This document shows positions 50,409 through 64,000 of a stretch of DNA of 64,000 nt, piece after piece. A program made the position numbers and the translations under genes. Location of the stretch: contig CDLV01000011.1 of NCBI GenBank assembly GCA_001244265.2, positions 434,001 to 498,000 on the forward strand. Reading direction: 5' to 3'. Under the pieces are notes generated by a model, which had not been told where the DNA came from, searched no databases, and was given only the letters and a program-made list of their open reading frames with translations. How positions within the stretch are numbered: the first letter of the stretch is position 1; each line of letters starts with the position of its first letter. This stretch comes from Microbotryum violaceum (Eukaryota).

Positions 50409-51661
50409 ATGGACCCGAACCACTCCCAAGATGGCATGGCCGCACCAGCACCACTCCAACGGTCCGCGCTGAGCGCGACGTCGTCGTCCTCCTCGAGCGC
50501 TCCCCTCAAGCTCACCTTTCGACTCGGTGGCGCCAGTTCACATGCAGCAGCCAGCACCTCCATCAGCATTTCCAACCCCAACCCCAACCCCCACCCCACT
50601 CCTCCAGCTTCCTCTGCGTCGCTCCTCATTCCCACTCCAGCCCCGTACGCTTCCCCCTCCAGCTCACCCTGGACTTCGACCGCTCCACTTGCTCAGCCGA
50701 GCACGTCAGCACCTAGCCCACTCGCTCCCACGCCCAGTGGCAGTGGTAATCGCAGCGCACCTCCAACCCCCATCACCACCTCCACCAGCTCAAGAGCGAG
50801 CTCCGTCGCCTTGTCAATCGGACCGGGCGATGCACCACCCAAGAAAAAGCAGCGCAAGCCGACGGTGAAACGAGCTCCGGGAGAAGCTGGACCGGGCAAG
50901 CACTGGAGAAAGGGGCTCAAGGGGTATGTGCTTTCGTTTGTGGGTAGATGGACCAAGCAGCTAACCAAACACTCTTGCAGAACGATCGTCGCCGGACAGC
51001 CATTGCGCGCGTTTGCCCTGGTGCCGTGCCTTTCACGATCCATCTGAAACCGCCGAGCTGACCCACGAAAGGACGTATGCGCACAGCACCACGACCCGTG
51101 AACCCCGCGGACTCGCCTGCATCCGACTCGGTCTCCTTACCAGCGCCCATCGAAATCTCGACACCTCGGACCTCGTTCCCGATCGCCCCATCCCTTCCCG
51201 GTGCACCCGCGGTCAAAGCCTCCGGAGCGGCCCCTTTCCTCCCTGCCCTCCCCCTCGAAACGAGGACACCCGCACCGAGGAGATGGAACAGAGCTGTTAT
51301 TGCGATAAAATCACTTCGAGGAGGCTGGCTCAAGCTTCCGACGTGGGAGGGCCATCCCAAGTCCGACTACGCGGCGTACAAAACATCACTTAACCCACCC
51401 CCACCCCCGCCGCCCGTCATCGACGTCACACCTGGTCCAACGGGAACAGCAGGAGGCAATGCAATGTCGCAATCACCTTCTATTGACCCTTTGTCCCCTG
51501 CTGTGCTCTTGTCACAAGCCTCACCATCGGTCGCACCATTGCCCAGCGGATCAGCGGGGACTCTGCCAGCCGACCCGGACGAGGCTGGAGGCGCCGTCGG
51601 AACGAGCCCACTCAAGGTGGAACAAGATGCGATGGGCGACACCGTCATGGCCAGTGTATGA
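50409..51661 (+). CDS. Pro/Ser-rich nuclear protein, possibly INO80 subunit Ies4-like
   Basis: Basic NLS PKKKQRKP; PRRWNRAVIAIKSLRGGWLKLPTW resembles the Ies4 W..KS..G..W..P.W motif. Divergent from POM152 by ~350 bp. Confidence 0.5.
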
Positions 51662-52143
51662 ATAGTTTCTGTGTCTGTAGCATTACCCATTGCATATCGT
51701 CAGTAGAAAACCCCGTACCTCTGTACCCGGAACCGTGTTGTCCTGCAATCGCGCGCCTCGGTGTTGGGCCGGCGAAAAAAGTTCGCCTCTAGCGGTCTCA
51801 GGAACGTTAATAAGGAAGCAAGCTCGGCACATGCATCTCCAGAGCTAAACCTACAACCCGTTTTCGCCTCTTGGCTAAAGTCTGGAACCCCTGACCCGAC
51901 ATACTTTAGCCCATCGATACCTCCCCACCTGATGTAGTGCGTACACCGTGGTCGAACGCGGCAAGCTTCGGCACGGGTCGAGTCCCGAAACGCTTTCTTG
52001 GCCAAGACCGCGCAAACCCCCACATGGTGCGCTCCGTCTGGACGAGTCGTCGCTTTTCTTCCTCCGTCCCTGTCCCCGCCTGCTGAGCTTATCACTACCG
52101 TCCTCCCTTCTAATTCCCTCTCCCGGCCTTCCAACATCACACG

Positions 52144-54023
52144 ATGATCCACCTCACTCGTCGTCGTCTAGTCGTAGCACTATCTCCCTCCTCCAGCCTG
52201 CGAACGGGTGGGGGTCAGTCCTATTCGGCGTCGCGTACGTTGTCCTCGGCGGCTTCCTCGGCCCTCTCGCGCTTGGGCCTCTCCTCTTCAAGTCCCAACG
52301 CAGGCGTCTACGATGGCACCTCCTTCCAAGCCTCGGGCCCGCTCATCAAATCCATCAACCCCTCGACAGGGGAAACGATCGCCCAAGTGATCCAAGCCTC
52401 CCCGGAGGACACCGAACGCGTGATCAGCTCGGCTCGAAAAGCCTACCTCTCTTGGCGGAACGTCTCCGCACCCAATCGAGGGCTATTGCTTCGTGAGATC
52501 GCTCAAACGTTGCGTCATCACAAGGACGATTTGGGTCTTTTGGTTTCGTTGGAAATGGGTAAGATTTATTCCGAAGGCAAAGGAGAGGTGCAAGAGATCA
52601 TCGACGTCGCGGATTATGCGGTCGGGTTATCTAGATCGATCGGGGGCAGTGTCGTCCCTTCGGAGAGGGAAAAACACTTCATCACCGAAGTTTCGAACCC
52701 TCTTGGCGTGGTCGGTTGCATCACAGCTTTCAATTTCCCCGTCGCTGTCGCGGGATGGAACTTGGCCCTCTCGTTGATCACGGGCAACGCGATGGTATGG
52801 AAACCCTCGCCTTCGACGCCATTGACCGCGATCGCCATGACGAAATTGATGAGCAAGGTTTTCGAAGCCCGCGGTCATTCGGGCGCGTTGGCGAGTTTGG
52901 TCTGTGGTGGTGCGCAGGTTGGGGAGAAGCTCGTCAATGATAAGAGGGTCGATTTGATCAGCTTCACCGGATCAGAGGCGAGAGGGAGAGAAGTGTCGAT
53001 GGCCGTGGCGGGGAGGTTCGGCAAGTCCATCTTGGAACTTGGTGGAAATAATGTGAGTCACAACACCAGACGACGAGAGTAAGGATTAGCTCTGATGGTG
53101 TCCTCTGTCGAGCGACTTTTCAGGCCGCCATCGTCCTGCCTGACGCCAACATACCTCTGGCCCTCCGATCGATCCTCTTTGCCGCGCTCGGAACAGCCGG
53201 GCAAAGGTGCACGACCACACGTCGTCTCTTCCTCCATTCCTCCATCGCCGATTCCTTCATCGAGCAACTCAGGAAGGCCTATATCTCCACCTCGAATCGT
53301 ATCGGTGATCCCCTGGACGACTCTTCCCTCGTCGGTCCTCTACATGGTCAAGACGGCGTACAAAAGTTTAAAGCGGCTATTGAGGATGCCAAGAAGGAAG
53401 GAGGGGAGATCATCGTTGGTGGGAGGACGAAGGAGATGAGGGGTGAATTCAAGGGAGGCAACTGGGTCGAGCCGACGATCGTCAGGTTCAAGGATGCCAC
53501 GAAGGCCGAGGTGATGAAGAGGGAGACGTTCGCGCCGAGTGAGTTTGCGAACGTTTGCTAGGCAGACTCGACGCGCAAAGCTGAGCAGGAACCGTCTATT
53601 GCCACAGTCCTCTATATTTCGACATTCGATACCTTGGAGGAGGCGATCGAGCTCAACAATGCGGTTGAACAAGGATTGTCCTCGACGTTATTCACAAAAG
53701 ACATGTCCTCCGCGTTCCAATGGATCGGTCCCGCAGGCTCCGACACCGGAAGTAAGTTGACCCAACCTCCACCTCCTTCGCCGAGAAACACCCAAAAGTC
53801 TTAGCGTGCTAAACTGACCCCCAACGTCCTCATCTCCGCAGTTGTCAACGTCAACGGCTCAACCTCAGGTGCCGAGATCGGCGCTCCTTTCGGCGGCAAC
53901 AAGAGCACCGGATGGGGTCGTGAATCCGGTGGGGACGCGTGGAAACAGTATTGCCGTTGGTCGTCTTGCACGCTCAATTGGAGTGATGAGGTTGCCTTGG
54001 CTCAAGGGGTCAAGTTCGAGTAG
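52144..54023 (+). CDS. Aldehyde dehydrogenase, ALDH7A1/antiquitin family
   Basis: [71 protein letters not shown]. Confidence 0.93.
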
Positions 54024-55019
54024 AGAGTAATTCTGTCGTTTTTTCGTTGACTTTTAGCTTAGAGAAGGCCGTCTGCAAAGGAGGCCAAGAAGAGATGTTC
54101 CGAGTCCTTGTCCCAGAGAATCAAGGACCGTGCTCAGGACTCCTGTGCGTGCTATTTATCACGAGACAAGACGTCAGAGAAGGATCCTCTTTTAGGAGAG
54201 ACTCGGTACGACTGAGGCCATGGACAGAAAGTGCGTAAGGGTCGAACATAGGGTTCGTTTTCGCACTCGGCGCTCGGCAAAATGCACACTCCGGGCTGGC
54301 CGGTGGACGCATGAGGCCGGGCTATGTCCGACCTTCTATGGCGGGTTCGGCGACTTGGTCAAGTCATCACCACGCTCACCGATAGGTGCGGCTTGACTCA
54401 CGGGCGAGCGGCCACATCGGTGAATTAAGCCGGTGCAGACTGTGTGGGTACACGAAAAGGTACATCTCCACTGAAGTCGCGGCCGACGCCCGGCATTCGG
54501 AGTCGCTCGCCTCAGTCGCTCGGTCTCAGACCAATGTTCGATCTCCTAAGGCCCACGCGCCTTCGCAAAACCCGGAAGCCCTCATCCTCATCTTGGCTCA
54601 CTTTCGCGACGTCTTTAAATCGGCTCGAACTTGGCCCACGACTCCCATAGCTCAGGGCTATGAGCATCACATCCGAGACCATCTTCTTTGGTGATGCTCA
54701 GAGGATTACGACCAAGGCTTCGCAAGTCAAGGTGATTCATACACCGCGTAAATCTTCGGTTCCCGCGCCAAGGTCACATGTTGGCCTCTCTCCTCGTCTC
54801 GTCGTGGACCTTGGAAGACGCTTCGCGTTCTGACCATTAGCTAGGCTGTTGACGTCTCTTGACCAGTTGTAGTGTGGGGTATATTCATTGGCTCAACTCA
54901 ATGGGAAAAACCTGCTCGACTCGGTGTTCCACCTTCTTTGGCATTGCCCGCGGGCCCCGCGAGGCACGGTATCGCAAGACTGACCCGCCCTCAATCCGGG
55001 CTTCCTCATGAATGAGCAG

Positions 55020-56685
55020 ACGATCTCACGACCTGCGAACCGGGGCAACTCCTTCAACGCTGGGATTTCATCAGCCGCTACAATGATGATTGTCTCTCCT
55101 TCTCCTTCACCGATCCGCTTCGACATCGATCCGATCCTCTAACCGACGACGTCGTTGATCTGCTCGATCTGAAACCCGGCCAAGACGGGTTGAAAGCCGT
55201 CGAAGGATATTTCCAGCGCGAAGGCAAGGCCGTTTCGGCTGAAGACGAGAAGATTCCAGAACCGATCCGAAAGTTCTGGAAAGAGGTACATCGGAAACCT
55301 CCGAATTCGATCTCGGGATTCGTAGAGGGGGGAGCGGAGGACAATCCGCGCCAGCTTGTAGAGGCGATGAAGAACCATGATCGAAGCGGGAAGGGGAGAG
55401 TTCCAAACTTGGCGGAGGGGCAAGCGGTATTTTGGAGGTATTCTGCCCCCATCTTTGTCGCTCTGATGCATTTCACCTTGGCTGGTGAGTAGGTTGTGAC
55501 TTTACTTCGAGGGGCGACGCCCGAAGCTGACTATCGCTTACCCTGTCGTGTTGCTTGTTCGAATAGGAGGCTTTTCGGCGCCACACTTGTCCGCGACGAT
55601 GAAAGAGACGAATTACCTGACGTCGAAATTGAGGGACGCGAGCTACAGGAGGTTACTCGAGAGCTCTTTGATGGTTCTGGACTGCATGTCGGACATGACG
55701 ATCGACCAAGGCATAGGGTGGAAGTCGGCGATACGTGTGCGCTTGCTCCACGCCCAGGTCCGTCGACGCATTCGACTCGGCCAAGGACGATTGAATGCGT
55801 ATTCTGTAGAAGAGCACGGCATTCCCATCAATCAATACGACCTGGCGATCGTCTTGGGTGGGTTCATGATTGCCCCGCTTTGGTCGTTGAGGCGTGTGGG
55901 TCTTTACTTGACTTCTTTCGAATCGGCGGCGTACGTTCGGGCGTGGACTCATGTGGGCTTCTATCTCGGAATCGGTGAGTTTGTCGGTTCATTCATGTGT
56001 CCTCATTTGATCGAGTTGCAAAGGAGGCGACACTGACGATTGGCAACATGGGATGTCTTACACAGATGAATCTCTCCTCGAGCGCATGTACGGTCGCACC
56101 TTTGCGACGGCAGAAACTTCGTTCGCTTGGCTCGCGTTCCCTGCGTTCCCCTCCGAGGTCCCCGAAGACGGCTACTCGACTCCCGCCCACCGAATTCTGT
56201 CCGCCGTGTCGGGGCGTCCACCAGCTGCACGTACCGTAGGGCATCACCGTGAATTATCGCGAATGCTACTCGGCACCCGATTGGCGGACCAACTTGCTCT
56301 CCCCAGAGGAACCACAAAAGACTGGTTCACGAGCCGTTACGAAACCTCTTTATCAACGGCGTTCATCCTCTTTGGTCGGTATTGGCCCCGTAAACAGTGG
56401 GAAGAAGAGCGACAAGCGTGGTTCAGGGAAGTGATGTACCTCATCACGTTGTACCACTTGGGTGAGAAGAGGACGACGTTCGCTTGGCGGGAAGAAGGGA
56501 GGCATGAGCACAAACTCGGGGAAGGGGAGGGGGAGGAGGCGGGGAGGAGGATGGGGCCTGCTGTAGGGAGGGAGATTAGGAGGAGGTGGATGTGGTTGTT
56601 GGGTGAGATGGTGGGAGGGACGGTGCTAGTTTTGGGGACGGTGCTGGTCGGAGGTTGGAAGGTGTGGTCGAGGAATCTTTCGTAA
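55020..56685 (+). CDS. ER-bound oxygenase MpaB / latex-clearing-protein-like (DUF2236) protein; 5' exon unresolved
   Basis: GQAVFWRY, YRRLLES, IRVRLLHAQVR, GIPINQYD, WTHVGFYLGI and a C-terminal TM anchor. Confidence 0.82.
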
Positions 56686-56974
56686 GGAGGAATGGGGTCA
56701 CGATAGAACGCTCTGATTTATACACGACGAAATTTCTATTATCGGTTCGTTTTCCCTTTGTATTATTACCTGGTGCACTAGATCTTCTGCGACAACACGT
56801 TATCACATGCATCTGAAAAACACTCTTCATTTTACGCCGCCCGGTCGATTCGGACTGAATTTCGCGCTCACGCGTCGGTTGGAGGGAGGGAGCGCTGAGG
56901 GGAATCTCGAGGCTCACGCTCCTGACGCCAACTTGAATCGTTTCTTGACCTCGCGCATCGCTTCAAGAACCACG

Positions 56975-59378
56975 ATGCAACCCATCGTCATCAACAGTAC
57001 GTCGACGGGCCAGCGTGAGCATCTGACCAGCCCCTGTACTGACGCTTCTTCCTACAGCTGGCGCCGGTCGACAGACTGGTCGCAAGGCCCAGACGAGCAA
57101 CATCACCGCCGCCAAGGTGAGACACCATCATCACGTCTGACCTCTCATGAACTGCGGCTGATTGTTTGCATATGGGCCTATAGACCGTTGCGGATGTGAT
57201 CCGAACATGTCTCGGTCAGTACAATGCAAGACGGGGGTTTTCCACCGCGCATTTGTGACACGCGACAGACGATGGGAGCACCGTGCAAGAGGAGGGGACC
57301 ACTTACGCGCGCTCTCTCTCTCTCTTGGTGTGGTTACTTTGCATCACTACAGGCCCCCGTGCTATGCTCAAGATGATTCTCGATCGTAAGTGACGGGTGG
57401 GAAAGGCGCGACTCCGGGTGTCGCGATCGCCTTCGCACACGGGTCGTGGTCAAGTACGTCTCCCATGCTGTTTCGAGGCTGACACACAATCTCAATATTT
57501 ACCTTCAAACAATCATCAGCTATGGGAGGTATCTTGTGAGTTGGACATAGCTCCAAATCCTGAGTCACAAGCAGCACCACAGGCGTTGACCACATGCGCT
57601 GACCACACGCGCTGACCTGCTCGATCGCCTCCTCGCAGGCTCACGAACGACGGTAATGCCATCCTGCGAGAGATTGAAGTCAGCCACCCGGCAGCCAAGA
57701 GCATGATCGAACTGTCGAGGACCCAGGACGAGGAAGTCGGTGATGGAACGACCAGCGTCATCATCCTCGGTGCGTTCTCAGATCTTTGACCCTTCCACTA
57801 GACCCCACCAGACTGACTCGCGCCTGTCCGCCCCATCTCGTCACCAGCCGGTGAGATCCTCGCCCAGGCCCTTCCCCACCTCGAACGAAACATCCACCCC
57901 GTCGTCATCATCGCCGCGTTCAAGCGTGCACTCGAGGACGCGTTGCAGATCATCGATTCCATCTCGGTCCCCGTCGACTCGACCAACGAGAAGGAGATGC
58001 TCGCCCTGATCAAGACCTCGATCGGCACCAAATTCGTCTCACGATGGTCCGACATGATGTGCAAGCTCGCACTGCAGGCGATTCGCACCGTCGCCAAGGA
58101 CGAGAACGGGTCCAAGACGGTCGACATCAAGCGCTACGCCAAGGTCGAGAAGGTACCCGGAGGCGAGATCGAGGATTCGGTCGTACTCGACGGCGTCATG
58201 GTCAACAAGGATGTCACACATCCCAAGATGCGACGACGCATCGAGAACCCGCGCGTCATCCTGCTCGACTGCCCGCTCGAGTACAAGAAGGGTGAATCGC
58301 AGACCAACATTGAGATCTCGAACGAGGCCGACTGGAACCGCATCCTCGAGATCGAGGAGGAGCAGATCAAAATCATGTGCGAGCGTATCATCGAGTTCAA
58401 GCCCGACCTTATCTTCACCGAGAAGGGTGTCTCGGACCTCGCGCAGCACTACCTACTCAAGGCCGACCCCCCCATCACTGCGATCCGACGCGTCCGTAAA
58501 TCCGACAACAACCGTATCGCTCGCGCGTGCGGTGCGACGATCGTCAACCGTGTCGACGACTTGCGTGAGATTGATGTCGGAACCGAGTGCGGTCTGTTCA
58601 ACGTCGAGAAGCTCGGTGACGAGTGAGTAGGGGTTTGGTGTGAGTCAAGTGCCGTAGGAGCGCAAGCAGCTTATGCCTCTACCCTCTCAATCTTTCTCAC
58701 AGGTACTTCACGTTCATGACCAAGTGCAAGAACCCCAAGGCATGCACCATCCTGCTGCGAGGACCTTCAAAGGACGTCCTGCACGAGATTGACCGGAATC
58801 TAGCGGACGCGATGGCCGTCGCTCGCAACGTCGTCTTTGACCCTCGTCTCGCACCGGGAGGTGGTGCGACCGAGATGGCGATCTCGGTGGGGTTGGCCAA
58901 GAAGGCGCGGAGTATTCAGGGCGTCGAGGGGTGGCCGTTCAGGGCTGTCAGTGATGCGATGGAGGTGATCCCCCGGACGTTGGTGCAGAACTGCGGTGGT
59001 AACGCGATTCGCGTCTTGACCGAGTTGAGGGTAAGCCTTGTCACGTACTTTGCTTTCTCTGTTTTTTATACATCTGGCTGATGTCGTCTTTTGAACCTGT
59101 GCGATCAGGCCAAACACGCCGCGGGAGAGCACCAGTACGGTGTCGATGGTGAGACGGGCAAAGTCGTCGACATGAAGGAGTACGGGCTACTCGAATCGGC
59201 GGCGGTCAAGGTGCAAACGCTCAAGACGGCGATCGAGTCGGCTTGCCTCCTGTTGCGCGTCGACGACATCGTTGCTGCCAAACGGCCGCAAGGCGGTCAA
59301 TCCGGTAGTGGGTTGCCGCAGGGACCGCAAGGTGGTGAGGAGGATGGTGGGGAACCAGGCATGCAACCGGAGCAGTAA
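56975..59378 (+). CDS. CCT3: T-complex protein 1 subunit gamma
   Basis: [61 protein letters not shown]. Confidence 0.97.
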
Positions 59379-59661
59379 GGACGCGTGCACATAAATGGAG
59401 CATCAATTCTCTCCTTCCTGATGTTTAATACCAAAAAAAAAAAGTCACAATTCTGTCCGTCATTGACCTATCACTTGTCCATGGACAAGCACAAAACATG
59501 TCTCGAGTGAGAGAGCTGACCATATACGGATGGAGCTCGGACCACTTGAATGATCGGCGTGCCAACGGAGCGCCAACGGGCTTCGCAAGATCGCTGTCTC
59601 ACCACTCGCGCGCCTCGTCGCCGTCCCCTTGAACCTCTCCAAACGCTCCCCAGACCGCACC

Positions 59662-61164
59662 ATGTCGAACACTACCACGACCAAACGGTCCTCTACCACA
59701 ACGCCCAAGTCGAGCAAAGGGAAAGCGGCTTTGAAACCTTCTGCATCGGCTCCACCGCTCGGCAAATTCCTCGCGAGCAGTCAGTTGCTCATTCTCGTCC
59801 TTTACGGCGCTCCTTGCTTCCTTCTGCATCTCTTCGAACCCAAACTGACTTGATGTATCCTGATTCTACTAGGCGAGAAACATATTCGAGACAAAGCCGT
59901 TGCGTCATTGGCCAAATTCCTCAGTGCCGGCCACAAGCTAACGAGCCACGACGACGGGGAGGACGAACTACCCTTGATCGTCGGGGACTTGCAATGGGAT
60001 ACCAACACAGTCATTGATAAGAGGTTGAGGGATATCGAGATGGCCAAGTTGTGGAAGGGGATCTTTTTCTGTACGTTGAGATCTCGAGCTGGCTGGCTGG
60101 GGTGGAGAAGTGGTCAACATCACCGTGAATGTCGAGGGGCAGTGAATCCAAACCACTCATCTCGATTGCACGTTTACGTTCCAGGCTTTTGGATGTCGGA
60201 TAAACCATTGGTGCAGCAAGCCTTAGCGCAAGACCTCGCCAACTTGACCCTCGACGTTCGGCCAAAAGACAAGGATGCTGGAAGGGTCGAACGCTTCAGG
60301 GCGGCGTTGGCCTACCTTCGAGGGTTTTGGGAAGCCGTGGTCAGGGAATGGTCAGGGTTGGATCGTCTGAGGTGAGTCGCGATCTCTAGACGAAAGGCCG
60401 ACGAGGGCGGGCCAGATTGCTTGCGAAGAATTGGCAGCTCACTCCATAATGGACAATCTCTCCCGCACCTCATGCAGGCTCGACAAGTTCTACCTCCTCA
60501 TCCGAAGATTTGTTTATGCCGCTTTCGCACTTCTCCAAAGAGAGGAATGGGATCCGCGGGCGATCGAAGAGTACAACCAACTCCTTACCGGCCCTGGAGG
60601 CCCACTACAGTCAGTTCCCCATCCGAAAGGTCGCACCGTAATGCGAGTAGTTGCTGATGTGCTCTCGCACTTCATTCGACCAGTGTGACGGATGCTCGAA
60701 TCCCCGCATCACTAGCCTACCACTTGGCCGATATCTACCTCGCCGAAATCGAGCGAATCTGCCCTCCGATCGACTCCCCCTCTCCCGTCGTCCCCGTGAT
60801 CCCGCTCCTCCAACCTTTCCTCACGACCCTCGCCCTCGCCCCTTCCAAGACCTTGTTTCAACGCGTCACTTCCAACGTCACTACACCCCTACTTGAAGAT
60901 GCCCTTCCTGCACCTCCTGCACCACCATTGAAACGAAGAAAGGTCGAATCCTCGATCGAGAAACCGACGTTTCCCGGCATCTTCTCCCACGCCCAAGAAG
61001 CTGGTGAAGACAAGGTCTCGGAGGAGGAGAGGAAGGAGAAGGTCGGCAAAGCGTTATTGAGGGCTTTGTTCGAGGAAGGTGCTAAGTCTGCGACGAACGA
61101 GGTGAACAGGAGACGGTTGTACGAGATTGTCAAGCAGAGGGAAGAGGCGGGCGTCGAATTGTAA
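59662..61164 (+). CDS. RRP1: rRNA processing protein Rrp1/Nop52
   Basis: LGKFLASSEKHIRDKA, KLWKGIFF, WMSDKPLVQQALA, REWSGLDRLRLDKFYLL, NRRRLY. Confidence 0.92.
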
Positions 61165-61514
61165 TTACAGTTTATTTCGTGTCGCGAGGCCAATCTATTG
61201 CGTGACAGTGACTGTAGGAGCTCTGAGGGTCAATCATTTGAGAGCGAGTCGTTACAACTCAATCGGGTGAGATGGATTCAACGTGGGGGAAACTATATCC
61301 GGCTTTATTTCCTCACTAGTTGGGTCGCCATTCGAGCACGGGCCTCCTGTCTTTGAGATTTTATGTGGGGTGTCGTGCGACTTGGCCGCGAGACAAAGGA
61401 CCCTGCGCCCCTTTCGCTTGCCTTGGCAACGTCCTCATCTTCCTCGTACCTCCTCGGACTGCCTTAGCCGCCTACTTCACTCCTCGTTGGACGACGACCT
61501 TGATCGATGCTAGT

Positions 61515-62384
61515 ATGAGTTCACCACCTCATCAAGCGCGGTACGGTCGTCTTGCAAGCGGCAGCGAGGAGGGTGAGCCATCACTGGCATCGGGGGCGAT
61601 CGCGGAGAAAGCCATTGGTGACACGATAATTTCGCCTATTCCGGTGACAACCGCAGCTACTACGACGAGTCGAGGGGATTCAGTGACGAATGGTCGCCGC
61701 ACGGAACCGGATGAGGCCCGCAGCCCCATCATGCCGAGTAGAACACGTACGCGTCAACGTTCTCGCGACAACGGTAGGGGTCTGCCACGGTCGTCTCGAG
61801 ACGTGGCGCCCGGACAGGTTGCTACGCCGTCAGCAAAGCCGAATGTGAGTTTTTCTGGGGGTCTTAGCTCCTTAAGGGCTTAGTAAGGACGGGTTACTGA
61901 ACGAGCTGAGTTCGCGTCACGGTTCGTAGTCGGCCTACACGTTGGATCGAACTCTGCTTGAACTCCCACTCGACTGGTCAAAGCCCACCTCCAAGGTCCG
62001 TTCTCGATCATCCCTCCCCATTCTCCAACTTTTGTGAAACCCTCACTGAAATTCACTTCGTTTGCCACAATATAAACCAAGCAGGATCGTACCGATCATA
62101 TCATGAAGCTCGTCCTCGGAACCTTCTTCCTCATCTCGATTTTGATTCTTACCGCAATCGTCTTCACCGAACTAGGACACGACATATGGCCCGACCGACC
62201 TTCCTCAGCTCCTCTTCACCCCGTCTTAGGGGACATCCGGACTTCAGATGGCGGTCAAGACTCGGTTTTAGACGCGGTTGTGACGACGGATATAGAAGGG
62301 GATCTCGTCGTCGTGCCTATCGAGCAAGGAGGCGCGGAGAATCGTTACGGCCGTAGACTAGGAGCGAGGTCGTGGAAGGGCTGA
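61515..62384 (+). CDS. Hypothetical single-pass membrane protein
   Basis: Disordered first exon, GTGAGT donor near 61845, later TM segment LVLGTFFLISILILTAIVF. Confidence 0.5.
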
Positions 62385-62584
62385 GGAGTAGCTGTAGTAG
62401 TTGGTTTCGTTTAAGTTGTCCTTCGTCACTCATTCACCCTGCAGTTTTCGTACTTTATCGCATCACCTGTCGTTTGGCACAATAGGAAGGACTTGCAATC
62501 CCAGTATACCCCTCGTTCTTTCGCTCTCAGGAAATTGTTTCGCGCCAGAGAGAGCTGCCCATTCCAATCAAAGTTTTGACCAAG

Positions 62585-64000
62585 CTACATCAGATCCGCA
62601 GCCCTTTCCCTCGGCCTCGTCTCGCCCGTATTCCTACTCGCTTCATTGACCGCGGCGGTGATACCTCCCACCTCTTGCTCTGGCGCGTTCTTTGGGATCT
62701 CGACGCGGTACTGCGCCAGACGCGCACGCTTCTCCTCGATCGAAACTTCGTTGTCGCCATAGACGAGCAGTGTCCCCGGCTTGAGCTCGACGGCCGACGA
62801 CGGCAATCTTTCTTTGGGTTTCGGGATGGGGACCGCGGCGAGGGCAGGGTTGAAAGGTGGCGGCATCGGCATGCCTGGGGGTAAGGGCATGCCAGGTGGG
62901 GGAGGCAAGAAGGGGGGAGCGGAGAAGCCGGGTGGGGGGAGGAACCCGGAAGGAGGGGCGACAAAGCCAGGGGGCGGTGCGGGGAGTCCAGGTGGGAAGC
63001 CGGGGAATCCAGGAGGTGGTAATGGTATTCCTGGCGGGGGTGGGATGAAGCCAGGTGGGGGCGCAGAGAAGTTCGGGGGCGGGCCGCCCGAGTAGTTGTG
63101 GGGCGGTTGGTGCTGAGGCGGCGGCGCTCCGTACGAGGGGCCATTGAAGAAGCCCTGCGGCATCATCGGTTGCCCATGCGGTTGCATTTGCATTTGAGGA
63201 GGTGGCCCCATGTACTGCCCCGGCATGGGAGGCAACGGTTGACCGGACATGAGGGCCTTGTGCTGGGCGAGTTGGGCTCGGATCTCGCTTGCGGACAAGG
63301 GTCGATGGTCGTATTTGGGCTTCTTTGACCGTTGTTGCTCGGCCGTGACACCCAGTTCCTCTTCTTGCTTTTTCTTCCACTCTGCGAGATCGGCGGCGGG
63401 GATACCTTCCATACCGTAGATTTCGACCTCGAAGGTGTCGCGACCCGGAAGCGCATTCTCGATCCTGCAGAGCGTGGGCGCCGAGGCCAGTCAGCTCGAT
63501 TGTATGGCATGCCGTATCGCAGCACACATTGCTCCAAGTAGAAGAATCCGTTCTGGCCCGCAGCGCCACATGGCAAAGGGATTGTGGAGATGGGGCGAGG
63601 GGAAGGGAGAAGCTCGAGGCACGTACTTGTCGGGCTGACCAAGCTTGTGCACTTGGTCGATATGGACCGTCAATCCACCGGCCGTGTTCAATCGACGAGG
63701 ACAGTGCGGGCATCTGCGTGTCACCATACCCCTCTTCAACGTCAGTATTCGTGCTCAGAAGGAGCGCAAGGTGGGACGGGATGGGATGAACGCACCGGAA
63801 ATGCTTGGACTTTTGGTGTAACAGCAGCACCTTGTCATCTTCAAAAGTACGATCACAGTACCAGCCTGTTGCATATGCCAAGGGCTGGGTCAGTGTGGTA
63901 CGATGTGAGTGCGGTCAAGCGTGCGACTGACACCACGACTGCGCCGTCGACCTGCAACAAAGACAAACACCTTGGTCAGCCATCACGCAGCTTGGAGGGT
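62585..64000 (-). CDS. BuGZ/ZNF207-like C2H2 zinc-finger protein with Pro-rich tail; 5' end at or beyond the window edge
   Basis: WYCDRTFEDDKVLLLHQKSKHFR|CPHCPRRLNTAGGLTVHIDQVHK, IENALPGR...EIYGMEGIP, LVYGDNEVSIEEKRA. Confidence 0.9.

Overview
Eukaryotic, intron-rich, GC-rich DNA from a basidiomycete fungus, most likely a Pucciniomycotina/Microbotryomycetes-type yeast (inferred from short GTRAGT...YAG introns and protein style; not verified). Most of the window is housekeeping genes: a Swi6/Cdc10-type APSES-ankyrin factor (3' part), COX23, ADE12, YML020W-like hydrolase, ATP20, SAS4-like, BIO2, SER3, SYO1, HIS7, POM152, Ies4-like, ALDH7, an MpaB/Lcp-like oxygenase, CCT3, RRP1, a BuGZ/ZNF207-like gene and a few hypotheticals. 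The exception is a ~13 kb accessory island at 5437-18566. It holds two direct copies (~3.13 kb, offset 5060 bp) of a fucosyltransferase-like gene. The copies are nearly identical over long stretches but differ in short exonic patches that are overwhelmingly non-synonymous. The island is bounded by TA-flanked TIR elements and contains a 3.58 kb CACTA-like element (TTA target duplication) plus a truncated inverted copy of that element's left end, so the second gene copy sits between 279-bp inverted repeats. Also notable: a ~375-bp fold-back hairpin at 44.4-44.8 kb and a SER3 start codon apparently split by an intron. CDS coordinates span introns; splice models were read by eye.
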